A stretch of DNA of 64,000 nt, from IMG/VR virus record IMGVR_UViG_3300028394_000042; one strand, written 5' to 3'. Origin of the DNA: a virus. Made by a program: the position numbers and the translations under genes. The notes beneath the pieces were generated by a model. The model was not told the origin of the DNA. It did not search any database and was given only the letters and a program-made list of their open reading frames with translations. Of this stretch, positions 1 through 10,179 are shown piece after piece (the first letter of the stretch is position 1; each line of letters opens with the position of its first letter).

Positions 1-188
1 GAGTAACCAGCGTCCCGGCCCACGTCGTGCAGCGCCTTCATCACCTTTTTGTATTTGTCAGGGTGCTGTTCGGCTAGTTGAGTGGCCAACGTGCCCATCG
101 TTTTCTTTGTCAGCACGCGCTCGTAGTCACGCATTTCAGGCGGCAAAGCTTCGTTGATCAGAACTTGACCAAGCGTAGTTTTCAGCAT
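1..188 (-). CDS. RNA polymerase beta' C-terminal subunit, N-terminus only (gene continues beyond the left edge)
   Basis: Manual translation from ATG at 188: MLKTTLGQVLINEALPPEMRDYERVLTKKTMGTLATQLAEQHPDKYKKVMKALHDVGRDAGY. This resembles the RpoC segment 'TTVGR.l.n..lP....N..l.KK.l..l.....l...G'. It begins where the 1185-5585 fusion stops. Absent from the ORF track. Confidence 0.75.
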   Translation of the reverse strand, partial: MLKTTLGQVLINEALPPEMRDYERVLTKKTMGTLATQLAEQHPDKYKKVMKALHDVGRDAGY

Positions 189-189
189 G

Positions 190-429
190 TTAAGGCGTCC
201 AAACAAGATTCTGAATTGGTTTTGGCTTGAAGTCTGTAACTACAACTGTCTTATCAACGCCTAACGCGCGTAACACGTTATGGAAATCTTTTTCGCCCGG
301 CGTTGAGTACACAATAGCTTCGTCAACTTGAATAGCCACAAAGATCGGATTGCCCATGTCATCTTCGACAATGATGCTGTGGGCCTTCTGTTCGACTGGC
401 TGCAAGTGATGCTGCGTCTTAACTAGCAT
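190..429 (-). CDS. hypothetical protein, 79 aa, in the RNAP operon
   Basis: ORF is tightly coupled to both neighbours. Confidence 0.7.
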   Translation of the reverse strand: MLVKTQHHLQPVEQKAHSIIVEDDMGNPIFVAIQVDEAIVYSTPGEKDFHNVLRALGVDKTVVVTDFKPKPIQNLVWTP

Positions 430-1162
430 TGCCTGACAGACTCCGGCTAAGCGCCATAACGGCCGCGGCTTTTAACTGCATCTGAGTTGGGCCCGTATAC
501 GACGGGTCTTCAAACTGCACCAAGTCAGCCGGCACCGGTCGGCCGATGTACGACGCAGACTTTGGTTGCTCTGCGGCAAGCCACCACGCGCCCTTAACTG
601 CGCCGGCGTTTGGATCAGCGCCCGGAGGCAGCGGCCCGCCCGGAGGAAGCGGCCCGCCCGGATCCTGCGGGCCAGCCGGGGCATTTGGATCTTGCTGTGC
701 GCCAGCATTGGGGTCTTGCTGGGGCGGCGGCGCCATTGGCCCGCCCGGCAATGCAGACTCAGCTGGCGGGGCGCCGTTGCTGCCGGGAGGAAGTACCAAC
801 GACTCAGGCGGCACTTGTACATTCATGGCGTTCATGATCGCCGTAAGCTGCTGCTGCATGTTGTACAGCCGGAAGTCGATCATCTTCATCATGTCTTCAG
901 GCTTGGGTTTCTGCGCTGCAGGCGCAGCCGCCGGGGCCACTGGCGCAGCAGCGGCTACGGGAGCCTGCGGTTGCATAGCGCTCATTGCGGCGGCATTTGG
1001 GTCCATCGGCGGCGCGCCGCCCATCGACGGATCAGCTGGAGGTGCCGCGCCGGCCATTGCCGGATCCATTGGAGGTGCGCCGCCCATCATAGGGGGGCCG
1101 TCAGCCTGCTTCGCAAAATACGCGCGGGCAATCGAGATCAGTTCTGGATTAACGGTGTGCAT
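419..1162 (-). CDS. Pro/Gly/Ala/Met-rich low-complexity protein with KxA motifs
   Basis: GGAGG RBS before ATG at 1162; MGGAPPMDP and QQDPNA repeats; KQA and KSA motifs. Confidence 0.7.
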   Translation of the reverse strand: MHTVNPELISIARAYFAKQADGPPMMGGAPPMDPAMAGAAPPADPSMGGAPPMDPNAAAMSAMQPQAPVAAAAPVAPAAAPAAQKPKPEDMMKMIDFRLYNMQQQLTAIMNAMNVQVPPESLVLPPGSNGAPPAESALPGGPMAPPPQQDPNAGAQQDPNAPAGPQDPGGPLPPGGPLPPGADPNAGAVKGAWWLAAEQPKSASYIGRPVPADLVQFEDPSYTGPTQMQLKAAAVMALSRSLSGNAS

Positions 1163-1184
1163 AGAAACCTCCATGTTGAGCACG

Positions 1185-4100
1185 TCATGTATTATCTTCC
1201 ACAATATGTACCGGGGTGTCCACTTCTATTTCCCCGCGGTGATAGGCGTGAACAGCGTCTTTCTTTGTGCGATACACCCGCGGTTTAGCTTTGTTGTTGA
1301 TCCGACTAGCCGCCAAATACAGGCCAGTCTGATAATCTTTGTTCGGCACGTAATGCGCTTTGAACGACGAAGCCGAGAATAAATTCTTGCTCGGCAGCAT
1401 TTTCTCGACGGCTTCTTTTGCGGCGTCTTCGGTGCTGGGCACGTGATACTGCATAGCGTCGCCGTCAAAATCTGCGCCGAAACCCTTGGTGATAACCGGG
1501 TTAACTTCCATGACTTTGTTCTTGGTGAGCCGCGGATAGAACGCCATCATGCCATACCGGTGCAACACAGGCGCGCGGTTAATCACAATTGGCCGGCTGT
1601 TCATTTGCGTGTTCAACTCGTCTGCGGCCGCTTTGCTCTTGTCAACAACAGCCTGTAACGCCTGCATTCTTGGTAAGCCGCGGCGCACAAGGCCACGCAC
1701 AACGAATGGCTTGTAGATATCCCACGCTTTTTCTTCTGGCAAGGCTACTTCGTCCATGTCCAAGTCTGGGTTGGGCGTAATGACAGCACGCCCGACAAGA
1801 TCGACTGTGCTGCTGAGAAGTTTACGCTGCATTGTGCCGTACTTGGGGGAGTTGCCAAATACGTGCGACAGGAAACCTTTTACGTTACGCTCGACGTTTT
1901 TGGGCTGCTGCGGATCACCCAACCCAGTCACGGCCTTCAGCGAGTCGTATACGCCCAGACGCTCGTCGCTATATTCAGACAGTGCACCAGATGCTTCTTT
2001 CAGCGCGCCGTTAGCGTCCAGCAGCTCTTTGTACAGATAGTTAGCGTCAGCCACGAGCGGTAGTTTCTTGGGGCCCATCGTAGATACGGGCCTGAAGATT
2101 GGCGGCAGTACGGGGACTTTAGTCAGCATCCAGTCTTTCGGATGCACGCCGGTAGCCTGCGAACTCTTGAGGAAACCCAATCGGCGCACAGCCGCGTCAC
2201 GAAGAGTACTCCGCCCGCTTTTGATATCTTCACGGGCTTGCTCTATGGCGTGCGGGACGTTTACTTTGGCCAAGGCTTTTTGAATTGCCTGCGGGCCAGT
2301 TGAGTCAAACAACGTCGCTTGGCCAGCCAGTACGCCGCGGAACTGCTTCTCTGTCAGACCCAACACGCGCCTAATCGGGTCTTCCATGATTGGGTTGGGC
2401 ATTGGCTCGTGCAGCGTAATCTTCGACCAGCGATTGCCGCCGTGTCCGCCTGTCAGCGCCTCGTCAAACAAGCCGCCCGGAACTGGCTTCATGCGCCCCT
2501 TCCAGTCCACAGTCTCAGAGTTCTGGATTTCGCGCGTACCAGATAGCTGATCGACGTCTTTATCCGTCATCGCCATGATGTTCGTCTTTGTGCCTTGCCG
2601 CGTCACGTTGATTCCAGACGCGCGCAGCTGGCCGACAAACTTCTCGTACACATGCGGGATCTTCGGAAGCGGCGGGGCGTAACCAGCCATAAACTGCGAC
2701 CAGTAATCAGGATTAGCTTGCCCGCGCACCATTTTGGCATCACGGATAACTTTGCCGGCACCGTGAGACAACAGCGCGCCAAGGTCCAGCATGCCGACGC
2801 GCTTTGCACCTTCCGAGCCGCCCTTTGCTGGCGTACCCTCGGCGGTGTAACTTCCCATTGACCGGCCCTGCGCCTTGGATTCGCTGGTGTGGTGCAGCTT
2901 CATGAAGAACCGGCTGCCAGTTAACACACCCGGAATCTTGCGGCCTGTTTCAGGGTCAAACAGGTCTTCTTTGTCAGATAGGCCGTGCTTGTCCAACTCA
3001 CTCTGGGCAAAATCAATCAGACTGTTTTGGTTGTCGAAGTCTTTGATCTTGTACGGCTTACCGGTCTTGTCCGCTACTTTACCCAGCGTAGCCTCAATGA
3101 CCTGCGCTGGATTTACGCGGCTGATTAAACCAAGTGGACTAACCAGCACTTCAAATGGGTTGCCGTCTTTATCATGCGGCATCTGGTGATCTGGCACAAT
3201 TTCGGCAATCACACCCTTGTCGCCAAATCTACCTGTGAGCTTGTCGCCAACTTCCATGACCGACTGGTTTTTTACAACAACGCTCACGCCCTTGTCTGTG
3301 TGCTCTACGTCGGTAACAACCCCGGGCGAATGATGATCCCACGTCACGGTTTCGTCTGTGAAACTACCAGCACGACCGCGATGCACTTTGCCGTACACCG
3401 TGTCTTTTTTCTTCGCGACAAGCACAAGGGGATCGCCGTAGTTAACAGTTGTGCCCTTTTGAATAGCGCCTTTGTCGTCAAAGTTGTCGAGCAGCTTCTT
3501 GTCGTACACAGCGGGAAACAAGCTGGTAAAAGCTTTCTTGCCTACGTGCGTGTTCTCGTCCCATTGCGCTTCATGCTGGTACATGTGCTCGCTGGTCAGA
3601 CGCTTGGCCGCACTCTCTGAGATCACGCTGGCGTCTTCGTAGTTCTTGCCTCTAAACGGCAGATAGGCCACGCGCATGTTCAAGCCAAGTGCTGCGCTAC
3701 CCTTGTCGTCCGTGAAGTTAGACCGCGCAAGAAGCTGGCCGGGTTTTACAACGTCGCCGGGCTGAACCATCGGCGTCTGGTGTAAAAACGTCTTCCGGTT
3801 GTACGGCATGTCGTTGTACAGCTCGATAGTCTTCTTGTTGCCGTCTTTATCGCGCAGCACAATTCCATCAGGAGACACCGACACAACCTGCCCGTGTGCT
3901 TCTGCGCGCGTAGCTCCAAGCCGCGTACCCATCTCGTCTTCGTGCGATGTGGTAGGGTCGTCTGCTGTGGCTGATTGGACATGCGGGGCCTGCGCGCCAA
4001 CGAGCGGCAGTGCTTGGGTGAACATGCGCGAACCCATGATGACGCGGTGGCCTTTCACCATGGTCTTCATCGGCACCATGTTGCTCAAGCTAGACAGCGT

Positions 4101-5585
4101 TGAGTCCATGTGCGGTAAGCTGTATTGCGTCTCTTCACGCGGCACATACTTCAGCCGGCCGTTGACAAGCGCAGCGACCACGGGCAACTTGTTGTGCTCT
4201 TCGCCCGGGAACACAAGCGGCGTGTCGGCCAGCTCTTGCGGCGTTTTGAAGATCTTTTCGCCGGTTTTGTTATCTATAACGGGCGTATAGATCTTGCCGT
4301 CAGCGCCCTTCATGGCACCGCGGGCAAAACGCATGTCTACGCCGACTTTTCCGCTCTCTGGTGTGCGGAGATAATCGATGAACCCAAGGTGGCTGGGCTG
4401 GACGCTACGTGATTCAGCGGGCACAGCATCGAGCGACGATATGCCGCCTTCGCCCATGCGCGTAACGCGGGTCTGGTGGTCGTAAATCTCAGCCGGGTTG
4501 ATTTCTTCCAAGCTCGACCCAAGGCCAGAGCCAATTAAGGCAGCTTGAATAGACTTGTCGAACACGCTGCTGGGAATGTGGTCTACGGACTTCTTGGCCG
4601 TTGCGCGCCACAGAAGCTTATTCAGGCCCATGCGGTCTTTGCCAAAACGCTCCGCAATCAGATCTTCAGGGCCAGCGACAGACTGAAACACCATGTTGTC
4701 ACGGTCGTCTGGGTCTGACTCGCGCCTGTTCACAGCCAACAGCTTTTTGGTGATGGCTAAAATAGTTTCAGGGTTAATAGTCGTGTGCCCTGTGCCGAGC
4801 GTGCGGGTTGTGACTTCGGGATCGAGTTGCGTCTTGGCAAACTCGGCCATGATTGCTTGCTGCTTGGCTACAGAATCAGCGCCCTCGACTTGTTTGTTCA
4901 CAAGCCGCTGATAGAGCTTATCCAGCGTGCCGGCGTCGCCCTTCTCCATATTGACTGCGGTGATGTCGTTACCCCAGTGCTCGCGCAGCTGAGTGTCAGT
5001 GACGCCCATTTGCTTGAGCAGCGGCATAAGCGGAATTTGCGCCTGCCCGATGCTGATCTTGAACACGCCCGTAGCAGGGTCGAGAAAATACCGGTGGGAG
5101 CGGCCTTTACCGGGAAGCGTGTTAACGTGCGCTTCGATTTCGCCGTTGTCTTTTTCGCGGGTAAATACACCGGGGCGCAACCGCATCTGGTGCGCTAGCG
5201 TGTACTCGACGCCGTTGTTGACGAACGTACCGGAGTCTGTGAGATACGGCACATGGGCAATCGTCGTCTTACGCTGGCCAACTGTCTCGCCGGTTTTGTT
5301 ATCTATAAGATTCCACGTGCCCTGCATTCGGCGCGACAACGAACTTTTTGTCAGAACTGCGCGCTTCTGATCAACGCGCGTAAACGTTTCTGGGCCAGCG
5401 TAACTAACGTCGGCAAGGTTCAACGAGTACAGGTCGTTTTGTACCGGTTTGATCGTCTGTGCGCTTTTCAGCGCCTGATCAAAGATATTCTGCCGCATAC
5501 CAGACACGTCCCCAAACGCTCGCATGGCGGGCGCGGGAAGTGGTTGCGGCGGAGTAGTAAGCGGCGGCAGTTCGGGCGCTGGCAT
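1185..5585 (-). CDS. DNA-directed RNA polymerase, fused beta subunit + N-terminal half of beta'
   Basis: beta motifs: GTFVNNG, TPESGKVG, GDKLTGRFGDKGV, PLGLISRVN, KLHH..KAQGRS, GAKRVG. beta' motifs: GGLFD, VPVLPPIFRP, VDLVGRAVI, NRAPVLHR, GADFDGD. Confidence 0.95.
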   Translation of the reverse strand: MPAPELPPLTTPPQPLPAPAMRAFGDVSGMRQNIFDQALKSAQTIKPVQNDLYSLNLADVSYAGPETFTRVDQKRAVLTKSSLSRRMQGTWNLIDNKTGETVGQRKTTIAHVPYLTDSGTFVNNGVEYTLAHQMRLRPGVFTREKDNGEIEAHVNTLPGKGRSHRYFLDPATGVFKISIGQAQIPLMPLLKQMGVTDTQLREHWGNDITAVNMEKGDAGTLDKLYQRLVNKQVEGADSVAKQQAIMAEFAKTQLDPEVTTRTLGTGHTTINPETILAITKKLLAVNRRESDPDDRDNMVFQSVAGPEDLIAERFGKDRMGLNKLLWRATAKKSVDHIPSSVFDKSIQAALIGSGLGSSLEEINPAEIYDHQTRVTRMGEGGISSLDAVPAESRSVQPSHLGFIDYLRTPESGKVGVDMRFARGAMKGADGKIYTPVIDNKTGEKIFKTPQELADTPLVFPGEEHNKLPVVAALVNGRLKYVPREETQYSLPHMDSTLSSLSNMVPMKTMVKGHRVIMGSRMFTQALPLVGAQAPHVQSATADDPTTSHEDEMGTRLGATRAEAHGQVVSVSPDGIVLRDKDGNKKTIELYNDMPYNRKTFLHQTPMVQPGDVVKPGQLLARSNFTDDKGSAALGLNMRVAYLPFRGKNYEDASVISESAAKRLTSEHMYQHEAQWDENTHVGKKAFTSLFPAVYDKKLLDNFDDKGAIQKGTTVNYGDPLVLVAKKKDTVYGKVHRGRAGSFTDETVTWDHHSPGVVTDVEHTDKGVSVVVKNQSVMEVGDKLTGRFGDKGVIAEIVPDHQMPHDKDGNPFEVLVSPLGLISRVNPAQVIEATLGKVADKTGKPYKIKDFDNQNSLIDFAQSELDKHGLSDKEDLFDPETGRKIPGVLTGSRFFMKLHHTSESKAQGRSMGSYTAEGTPAKGGSEGAKRVGMLDLGALLSHGAGKVIRDAKMVRGQANPDYWSQFMAGYAPPLPKIPHVYEKFVGQLRASGINVTRQGTKTNIMAMTDKDVDQLSGTREIQNSETVDWKGRMKPVPGGLFDEALTGGHGGNRWSKITLHEPMPNPIMEDPIRRVLGLTEKQFRGVLAGQATLFDSTGPQAIQKALAKVNVPHAIEQAREDIKSGRSTLRDAAVRRLGFLKSSQATGVHPKDWMLTKVPVLPPIFRPVSTMGPKKLPLVADANYLYKELLDANGALKEASGALSEYSDERLGVYDSLKAVTGLGDPQQPKNVERNVKGFLSHVFGNSPKYGTMQRKLLSSTVDLVGRAVITPNPDLDMDEVALPEEKAWDIYKPFVVRGLVRRGLPRMQALQAVVDKSKAAADELNTQMNSRPIVINRAPVLHRYGMMAFYPRLTKNKVMEVNPVITKGFGADFDGDAMQYHVPSTEDAAKEAVEKMLPSKNLFSASSFKAHYVPNKDYQTGLYLAASRINNKAKPRVYRTKKDAVHAYHRGEIEVDTPVHIVEDNT

Positions 5586-5589
5586 TACG

Positions 5590-6483
5590 TCACCCGATTT
5601 GTGATTGGGCAGCCTGCTGCTTTAACGAGGCAATTTCGTCGGGGTCTACGTATGTTGGCAAAATTCCAGCAATTCTCGCTTTTGACTTAGCAGCGTCTTC
5701 AACAGCCTTGGCGTGCGCCCGTTCTTTTGCGCGGTCGTACATGAGCTTGGCGGCAAGCCCGCCCATACCCAGCCCAGTGGCAACATATGCGCCGCCAACA
5801 GCCCCCGGTACGCGCTTGGCTACATCTGTAATGTCATTCAGCCATTGCGGCCACGCGACTTTCTCTGCGGCAGCTTTCTCGACAGCCGTGTCGTACACGC
5901 CGTCTAAGTTGTTCTTGGCGCTGCGGCCCAGTAACGCGTCGTGATATTCTTTTTCGGCAGCGTCGATTTCAGCTTGCCGGTTTTGCTGCTTTTTACGTTT
6001 GTGCAACATGCTCACAAGCCCAGTCCCGCCGGCCAATCCAAGCGCGCCAGCGCCAAGAGTAGCGCCTGTACCGAAAGACGACCGAATAATGTTTGGGTCG
6101 TACGTACCCGGAGACGTCTGGTCGATAATTGGGGAAAGCGGACGCAGCAGATCGATAATCTTGGACGGCAGCATGCCGCCAATGCCTTCAGTTATGTTGT
6201 CGTAAATTCCGGCAAACTTGGCTGGCTCTTCTTCTTCCTTGCGCTTCGCGCGCTCGCGGGCAGCCTGCGACAGACTTCGAGCAAGATAATACAAGCCAGC
6301 AGCGCCAACGCCAACACCCAGCCCAGTCCCGCCAGCGCGCAGAATACGGTCGCCCCAGAAACGCTTAAGATCGGGCTCTGTAGGCGCGCTAGCGCCGGAT
6401 ACAGCGGGTTTTGCTGCATAGTTGCCTGCTTGTGCGCCGAAAGTGGAGTCCATGCCGCCAATTGCTTGCTTCTCTCGCTGCAT
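5590..6483 (-). CDS. Gly/Ala-rich membrane or virion protein with KxA motifs
   Basis: three glycine-zipper hydrophobic segments; KQA, KFA, KAA and KVA motifs. Confidence 0.7.
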   Translation of the reverse strand: MQREKQAIGGMDSTFGAQAGNYAAKPAVSGASAPTEPDLKRFWGDRILRAGGTGLGVGVGAAGLYYLARSLSQAARERAKRKEEEEPAKFAGIYDNITEGIGGMLPSKIIDLLRPLSPIIDQTSPGTYDPNIIRSSFGTGATLGAGALGLAGGTGLVSMLHKRKKQQNRQAEIDAAEKEYHDALLGRSAKNNLDGVYDTAVEKAAAEKVAWPQWLNDITDVAKRVPGAVGGAYVATGLGMGGLAAKLMYDRAKERAHAKAVEDAAKSKARIAGILPTYVDPDEIASLKQQAAQSQIG

Positions 6484-6495
6484 AAGTGCACCTGC

Positions 6496-6846
6496 TTATT
6501 TTGCGGGCGGTACTAGGCCGTATACCTGATACCACTCCATCCAAATACGGTAGTGTTTTTGTTGTTCGTCCCAGTTATCGGTTCGTTTAACGAGCCGATA
6601 CCAGCCGTTCACTAGTTTATCACTTATGTCGTCAAACATCGCCTTGTCGACAGGATCCCACAGCAAAAACATACGCGACTTAAAATCGCGACGCTCGTCT
6701 AGGTTCTCAACCTCTTCTTGTTTCAGGTCGCGATGCGCAGAGTCGGTCGCCAATACGGGCAGCCCGTCTATTGTGCCGGGCCACTGTAACCGTAAATCGC
6801 CGTGCTGCGCGCCACCAATTTCGCCGTGATATTTACTCAGGCTCAT
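6496..6846 (-). CDS. hypothetical phage protein
   Basis: ORF in operon with globular composition. Confidence 0.7.
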   Translation of the reverse strand: MSLSKYHGEIGGAQHGDLRLQWPGTIDGLPVLATDSAHRDLKQEEVENLDERRDFKSRMFLLWDPVDKAMFDDISDKLVNGWYRLVKRTDNWDEQQKHYRIWMEWYQVYGLVPPAK

Positions 6847-6849
6847 TTG

Positions 6850-7209
6850 TTATCCTGCTGGGCGGTACAACCGTAACTTATGATTTACCTTGGCACGGGC
6901 TGCGTACGCCTTGTACGCTGCGGCTAATTCTCGTGCCTTAATGTCTTCTTCGTCAATGTCAGGTTCTGTAAGCTTAGCGGCAGTGTGCCCGAGCAGACCG
7001 CCGCCTACGGTAGCCAGCGCCAGCGGTGTGTACGCGATATTGCCAAGCGCATTTGTAACTGTTTGCATGTCAGGCAACCCAAACGCGGCTGTTTTGACAT
7101 ACTGATCTGCGCTGGTAATCCGGTGAGTTAACTCGTCGCCAACAAGACCCTCTTCGGCGCAGCGCTGCAGGAAACCGCGCTTGAAAGCTTCTTTTTCAGT
7201 CTCTGCCAT
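6850..7209 (-). CDS. hypothetical virion-type protein
   Basis: AFKRGFLQRCAEEG N-terminus, KTA motif, one TM-like segment. Confidence 0.7.
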   Translation of the reverse strand: MAETEKEAFKRGFLQRCAEEGLVGDELTHRITSADQYVKTAAFGLPDMQTVTNALGNIAYTPLALATVGGGLLGHTAAKLTEPDIDEEDIKARELAAAYKAYAARAKVNHKLRLYRPAG

Positions 7210-7703
7210 CAGTAGTCTCCCGGCAAAATCAGTTTTTTGGGTGGTGCCCCTACTGCGAAATCTGGGGTGGCATACCGGCCTGTGTCTCTCCCCAGTGGTA
7301 GGGCGCCGGGCAGCGCTGACTTGAAATTAGCGCCGCTGGCCATTGATATCTTACTCTTTCGACCCGGGCGGTGTCGCTTGAACCATGCATCTACGGCCGG
7401 ATCATCGCGGTCGCCTTGCTCTTTGGCTTCCCGGGTGCAGGCAATCATGTTATCGATTGCCTGTTGTAACTCCATTCGGTCGGCGCTCAGCCAGACCGCT
7501 GCAGATGGATTATCTGCTGCCATTACACGCATGCGCTGCGCTTCCTCGCCAATGGCTTGGGCGCGCAAAAGAAACTCTTTACGCGTCAACACGTAAAACT
7601 CGCCTGTCTCCTCGTCATGCAAACAGACAAAGCCGTTCTGGGCGTAGAATTTCAGGCCGCGGTACGTGAAGCACTTACCCGTAACCGTCTGCAGATCAGG
7701 CAT
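7209..7703 (-). CDS. hypothetical protein
   Basis: ORF overlaps the next start (TGATG). Confidence 0.7.
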   Translation of the reverse strand: MPDLQTVTGKCFTYRGLKFYAQNGFVCLHDEETGEFYVLTRKEFLLRAQAIGEEAQRMRVMAADNPSAAVWLSADRMELQQAIDNMIACTREAKEQGDRDDPAVDAWFKRHRPGRKSKISMASGANFKSALPGALPLGRDTGRYATPDFAVGAPPKKLILPGDY

Positions 7704-7736
7704 TTAGCACCCGTAAAAAGATAAGATAACCAGCCG

Positions 7737-8090
7737 TTACTTAACGATTGTGCCGGACTTTGTGATTGTTCCGGTGGTAACAACCGGCAGTGGCCGCTCC
7801 TGCAGTTTCATAATCGGCGCGGTGCCAGACGTACTCTTAGGGCGATAATTGGCGCACTTGGTCCAGCCCTGCCCGTCGCCGGACGGCACTTTCCCTGTGC
7901 CGCCGCATGTCAGGCAGTCCTTGTGGTCGACCTCCGGGTTTACTGGCCCGACGGGGGCCAACGGCGAGCCATGAAGTAAAGCAGAGTAAGAAACCTCTGC
8001 AGCGACCAACCCGATAACGTCTTTTTGGGTCGGCTTCGCATCTGGCACCACCGCAACCGGAGTGAAAAACAGCATGAGCCACTCAAACAT
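7737..8090 (-). CDS. exported protein with CxxCxGxG (DnaJ-type Zn-finger half-site)
   Basis: CLTCGGTG motif; hydrophobic N-terminus. Confidence 0.6.
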   Translation of the reverse strand: MFEWLMLFFTPVAVVPDAKPTQKDVIGLVAAEVSYSALLHGSPLAPVGPVNPEVDHKDCLTCGGTGKVPSGDGQGWTKCANYRPKSTSGTAPIMKLQERPLPVVTTGTITKSGTIVK

Positions 8091-8126
8091 GTGTTGTCCT
8101 TTTGCGATTACTGCGACACGTTCCAA

Positions 8127-9155
8127 CTATATGTTGCCGAGAGCGCCATAACTTTTCAACTTCTTTGGCGGCCAGCCGTTAACACCAGACATCGCGATCA
8201 TATACCGATTTTTGATATCCGCCCACCGTACCCAGAATGCGCCAACAGGAATATCAATAATAGTTCCGAAGATACGGCGCCCGCCGGAGTTCCAGTCGCC
8301 CCAGCTCTGCTGCAGCAACACAAGCGGCCCGCCGTAGAGTTTAATGATTTCTGGCCTGTCGTCTACAGCAAGATACGCCATCGCGTGAGCCCAGCCAGCA
8401 CGAGTGCGGGCCGACACGCCATTAATGTCGCGCTCGTCCGAAAAACTTTCACCGCCGCATGAACTTACGCAGTAGCCGTTCGCGAGTAAGTCGCGCAGCA
8501 CTTCGTACGACTCGACTTCGGTGATTGTCTGAACAAGGTGGTCTTTGCCGACAGCCAACCAAGTTTTAGGGGGCTCTTTTGAGCCGTAAATACCAGCGTT
8601 CTTCGAGCTGTACGACGTAAAATCGACGTTGATTTCAGGGTATTCTTTGCGCAGCCACAAGCCGCTCTCGTTCAGCACTACAGCTGCAGCTTCAGGACAC
8701 GACCAGCCGTCGCCGCCGTGCCGGCGCCAATTGTAGATCGCCTCTGTAGACAACACGCCGGAAAGAATACCGGCGGGGCTAACTTCAGGCGCGCTTTCAA
8801 GTTTACCCGTCTTCGGGTCGGGTACGCCGCTGGTAATGTCGCAGCACATGGTGCCAAGACACGCATTACGGGTTGACCAGCTTACACAGTCGCCGCGACC
8901 TTGGGCTCCACCCGGGAGGCAACCCGGGTAGAGCTTCAAGATCTCAAGAACTGGCAGGCTCAACTTGCCCTTGCCAGTTTCTTCCAAGTTATATGCCGAG
9001 CACGCCATTGCGCCGTCGGGAATACCGCCGGCCGCACTGATCTGATCGCGCAGTTTTTCAGCGGCTTCTGGGTTGCTACGCGCCCCCACAAAGCCCTTTT
9101 CGTACGCTGCCTTAACGTCGTAAACGCTTGTAAAAAACTGCTCTTTGTCGTCCAT
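8127..9155 (-). CDS. papain-like (clan CA, C1-like) cysteine peptidase
   Basis: QGRGDCVSW (Gln/Cys), WAHAM (His), QQSWG (variant of NSWG). Confidence 0.8.
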   Translation of the reverse strand: MDDKEQFFTSVYDVKAAYEKGFVGARSNPEAAEKLRDQISAAGGIPDGAMACSAYNLEETGKGKLSLPVLEILKLYPGCLPGGAQGRGDCVSWSTRNACLGTMCCDITSGVPDPKTGKLESAPEVSPAGILSGVLSTEAIYNWRRHGGDGWSCPEAAAVVLNESGLWLRKEYPEINVDFTSYSSKNAGIYGSKEPPKTWLAVGKDHLVQTITEVESYEVLRDLLANGYCVSSCGGESFSDERDINGVSARTRAGWAHAMAYLAVDDRPEIIKLYGGPLVLLQQSWGDWNSGGRRIFGTIIDIPVGAFWVRWADIKNRYMIAMSGVNGWPPKKLKSYGALGNI

Positions 9156-9176
9156 GACATGTCTCCGGCAAAAAGA

Positions 9177-9524
9177 TCAATTGCTCTCGGTCTCGTCGGC
9201 AACAGGTGCATCGGCTACGACATTCTCGCTGACCAGCGTCACGGCAAAACCACCGGGCTGGGCAGGAGCAAGCGTGTCCTCAGCTGTAAACTCAAGCGTG
9301 GCAGGCACAGACTTGTTGCCAACATCGTCCACATCAATCAGCGACAGCACAACCTGCGCACCCTGCGGAACTTCAATCGCACCCAAATTAGTAGCCGTGC
9401 CGGCCAGCACAGTTGCGGGCTGCTCAACGCCATTCACCGTCACGGTCAGAACGCGAGACCCAACGTCTGCATCGACCGGGGGCGCCACAGAAACGTTATA
9501 CGTATACGTCAGAACATTTGCCAT
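9177..9524 (-). CDS. small beta-rich (Ig/Fn3-like) protein
   Basis: AGGAG RBS before ATG at 9524; 'DDVGNKS..DTLAPAQP' Ig/Fn3-like signature. Confidence 0.6.
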   Translation of the reverse strand: MANVLTYTYNVSVAPPVDADVGSRVLTVTVNGVEQPATVLAGTATNLGAIEVPQGAQVVLSLIDVDDVGNKSVPATLEFTAEDTLAPAQPGGFAVTLVSENVVADAPVADETESN

Positions 9525-9681
9525 AGAATCACTCCTTAATTGCACCACTCTCAACCCAAACGGCGCGGACACGCCGCTGTTCGTTTCACACAAAAAAATG
9601 TACGACGCGGTCAGCACAAAAATACAGAACAGTAAAATAACCAGACCTGTCGGCGATAACGCCACCCCAAGCGTCGGCATG

Positions 9682-10179
9682 CTACTTCTTCTCCGCGATA
9701 ATTGGCTTAGCCTGTCGCGCAGAACTGGCAATCGTCTCGCACACGTCGATGATCTTTTTCAGCATGTCTGGCGTAATTGACTGCACTTCTTTTGAGCCAA
9801 TAGCCGCGTCAAACAACTGCTCAATCGCGACATCTAGGCCGGGATACGTGCCCGGCTTCTCAATAGCCAGCTGCAGCGTGTTGGTTTGAATGTCGTGGAG
9901 CTGCTCTGTGGTGTTCACGCGCGCGCTGTTGTCCCGCGTAAGCACGCGCGCTAAGCCTGTGTAAACGCTATCAGTGCGGGCTTTGTCTTCGGGCGTAGCG
10001 TTGGCCAACAAAGTCAAAATACCCGCGTCAGTTGCATGCTCAACAACTGGCGCAACAGGTGCCACGACTGGTTCAGGCTTGGCCATAAACGCGCCGGGGC
10101 CGTTAGGAAACAACAGTGAAATAGCCAGCAAAACGCCAGCTAACAGCACTAATTTGGTACCGCAGTTTTTGCAGTTCAT
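9682..10179 (-). CDS. membrane-anchored hypothetical protein
   Basis: N-terminal TM helix. Confidence 0.65.
   Translation of the reverse strand: MNCKNCGTKLVLLAGVLLAISLLFPNGPGAFMAKPEPVVAPVAPVVEHATDAGILTLLANATPEDKARTDSVYTGLARVLTRDNSARVNTTEQLHDIQTNTLQLAIEKPGTYPGLDVAIEQLFDAAIGSKEVQSITPDMLKKIIDVCETIASSARQAKPIIAEKK

Noticed and set aside
1185-5585. Cellular rpoBC locus (bacterial chromosome)
   Set aside because: Highly reduced and rearranged, with no ribosomal-protein operon context, and surrounded by phage-type genes.
546-5690. Plus-strand ORFs over the RNAP operon, and similar ones throughout the window
   Set aside because: Antisense to well-supported minus-strand genes; no motifs or RBS.
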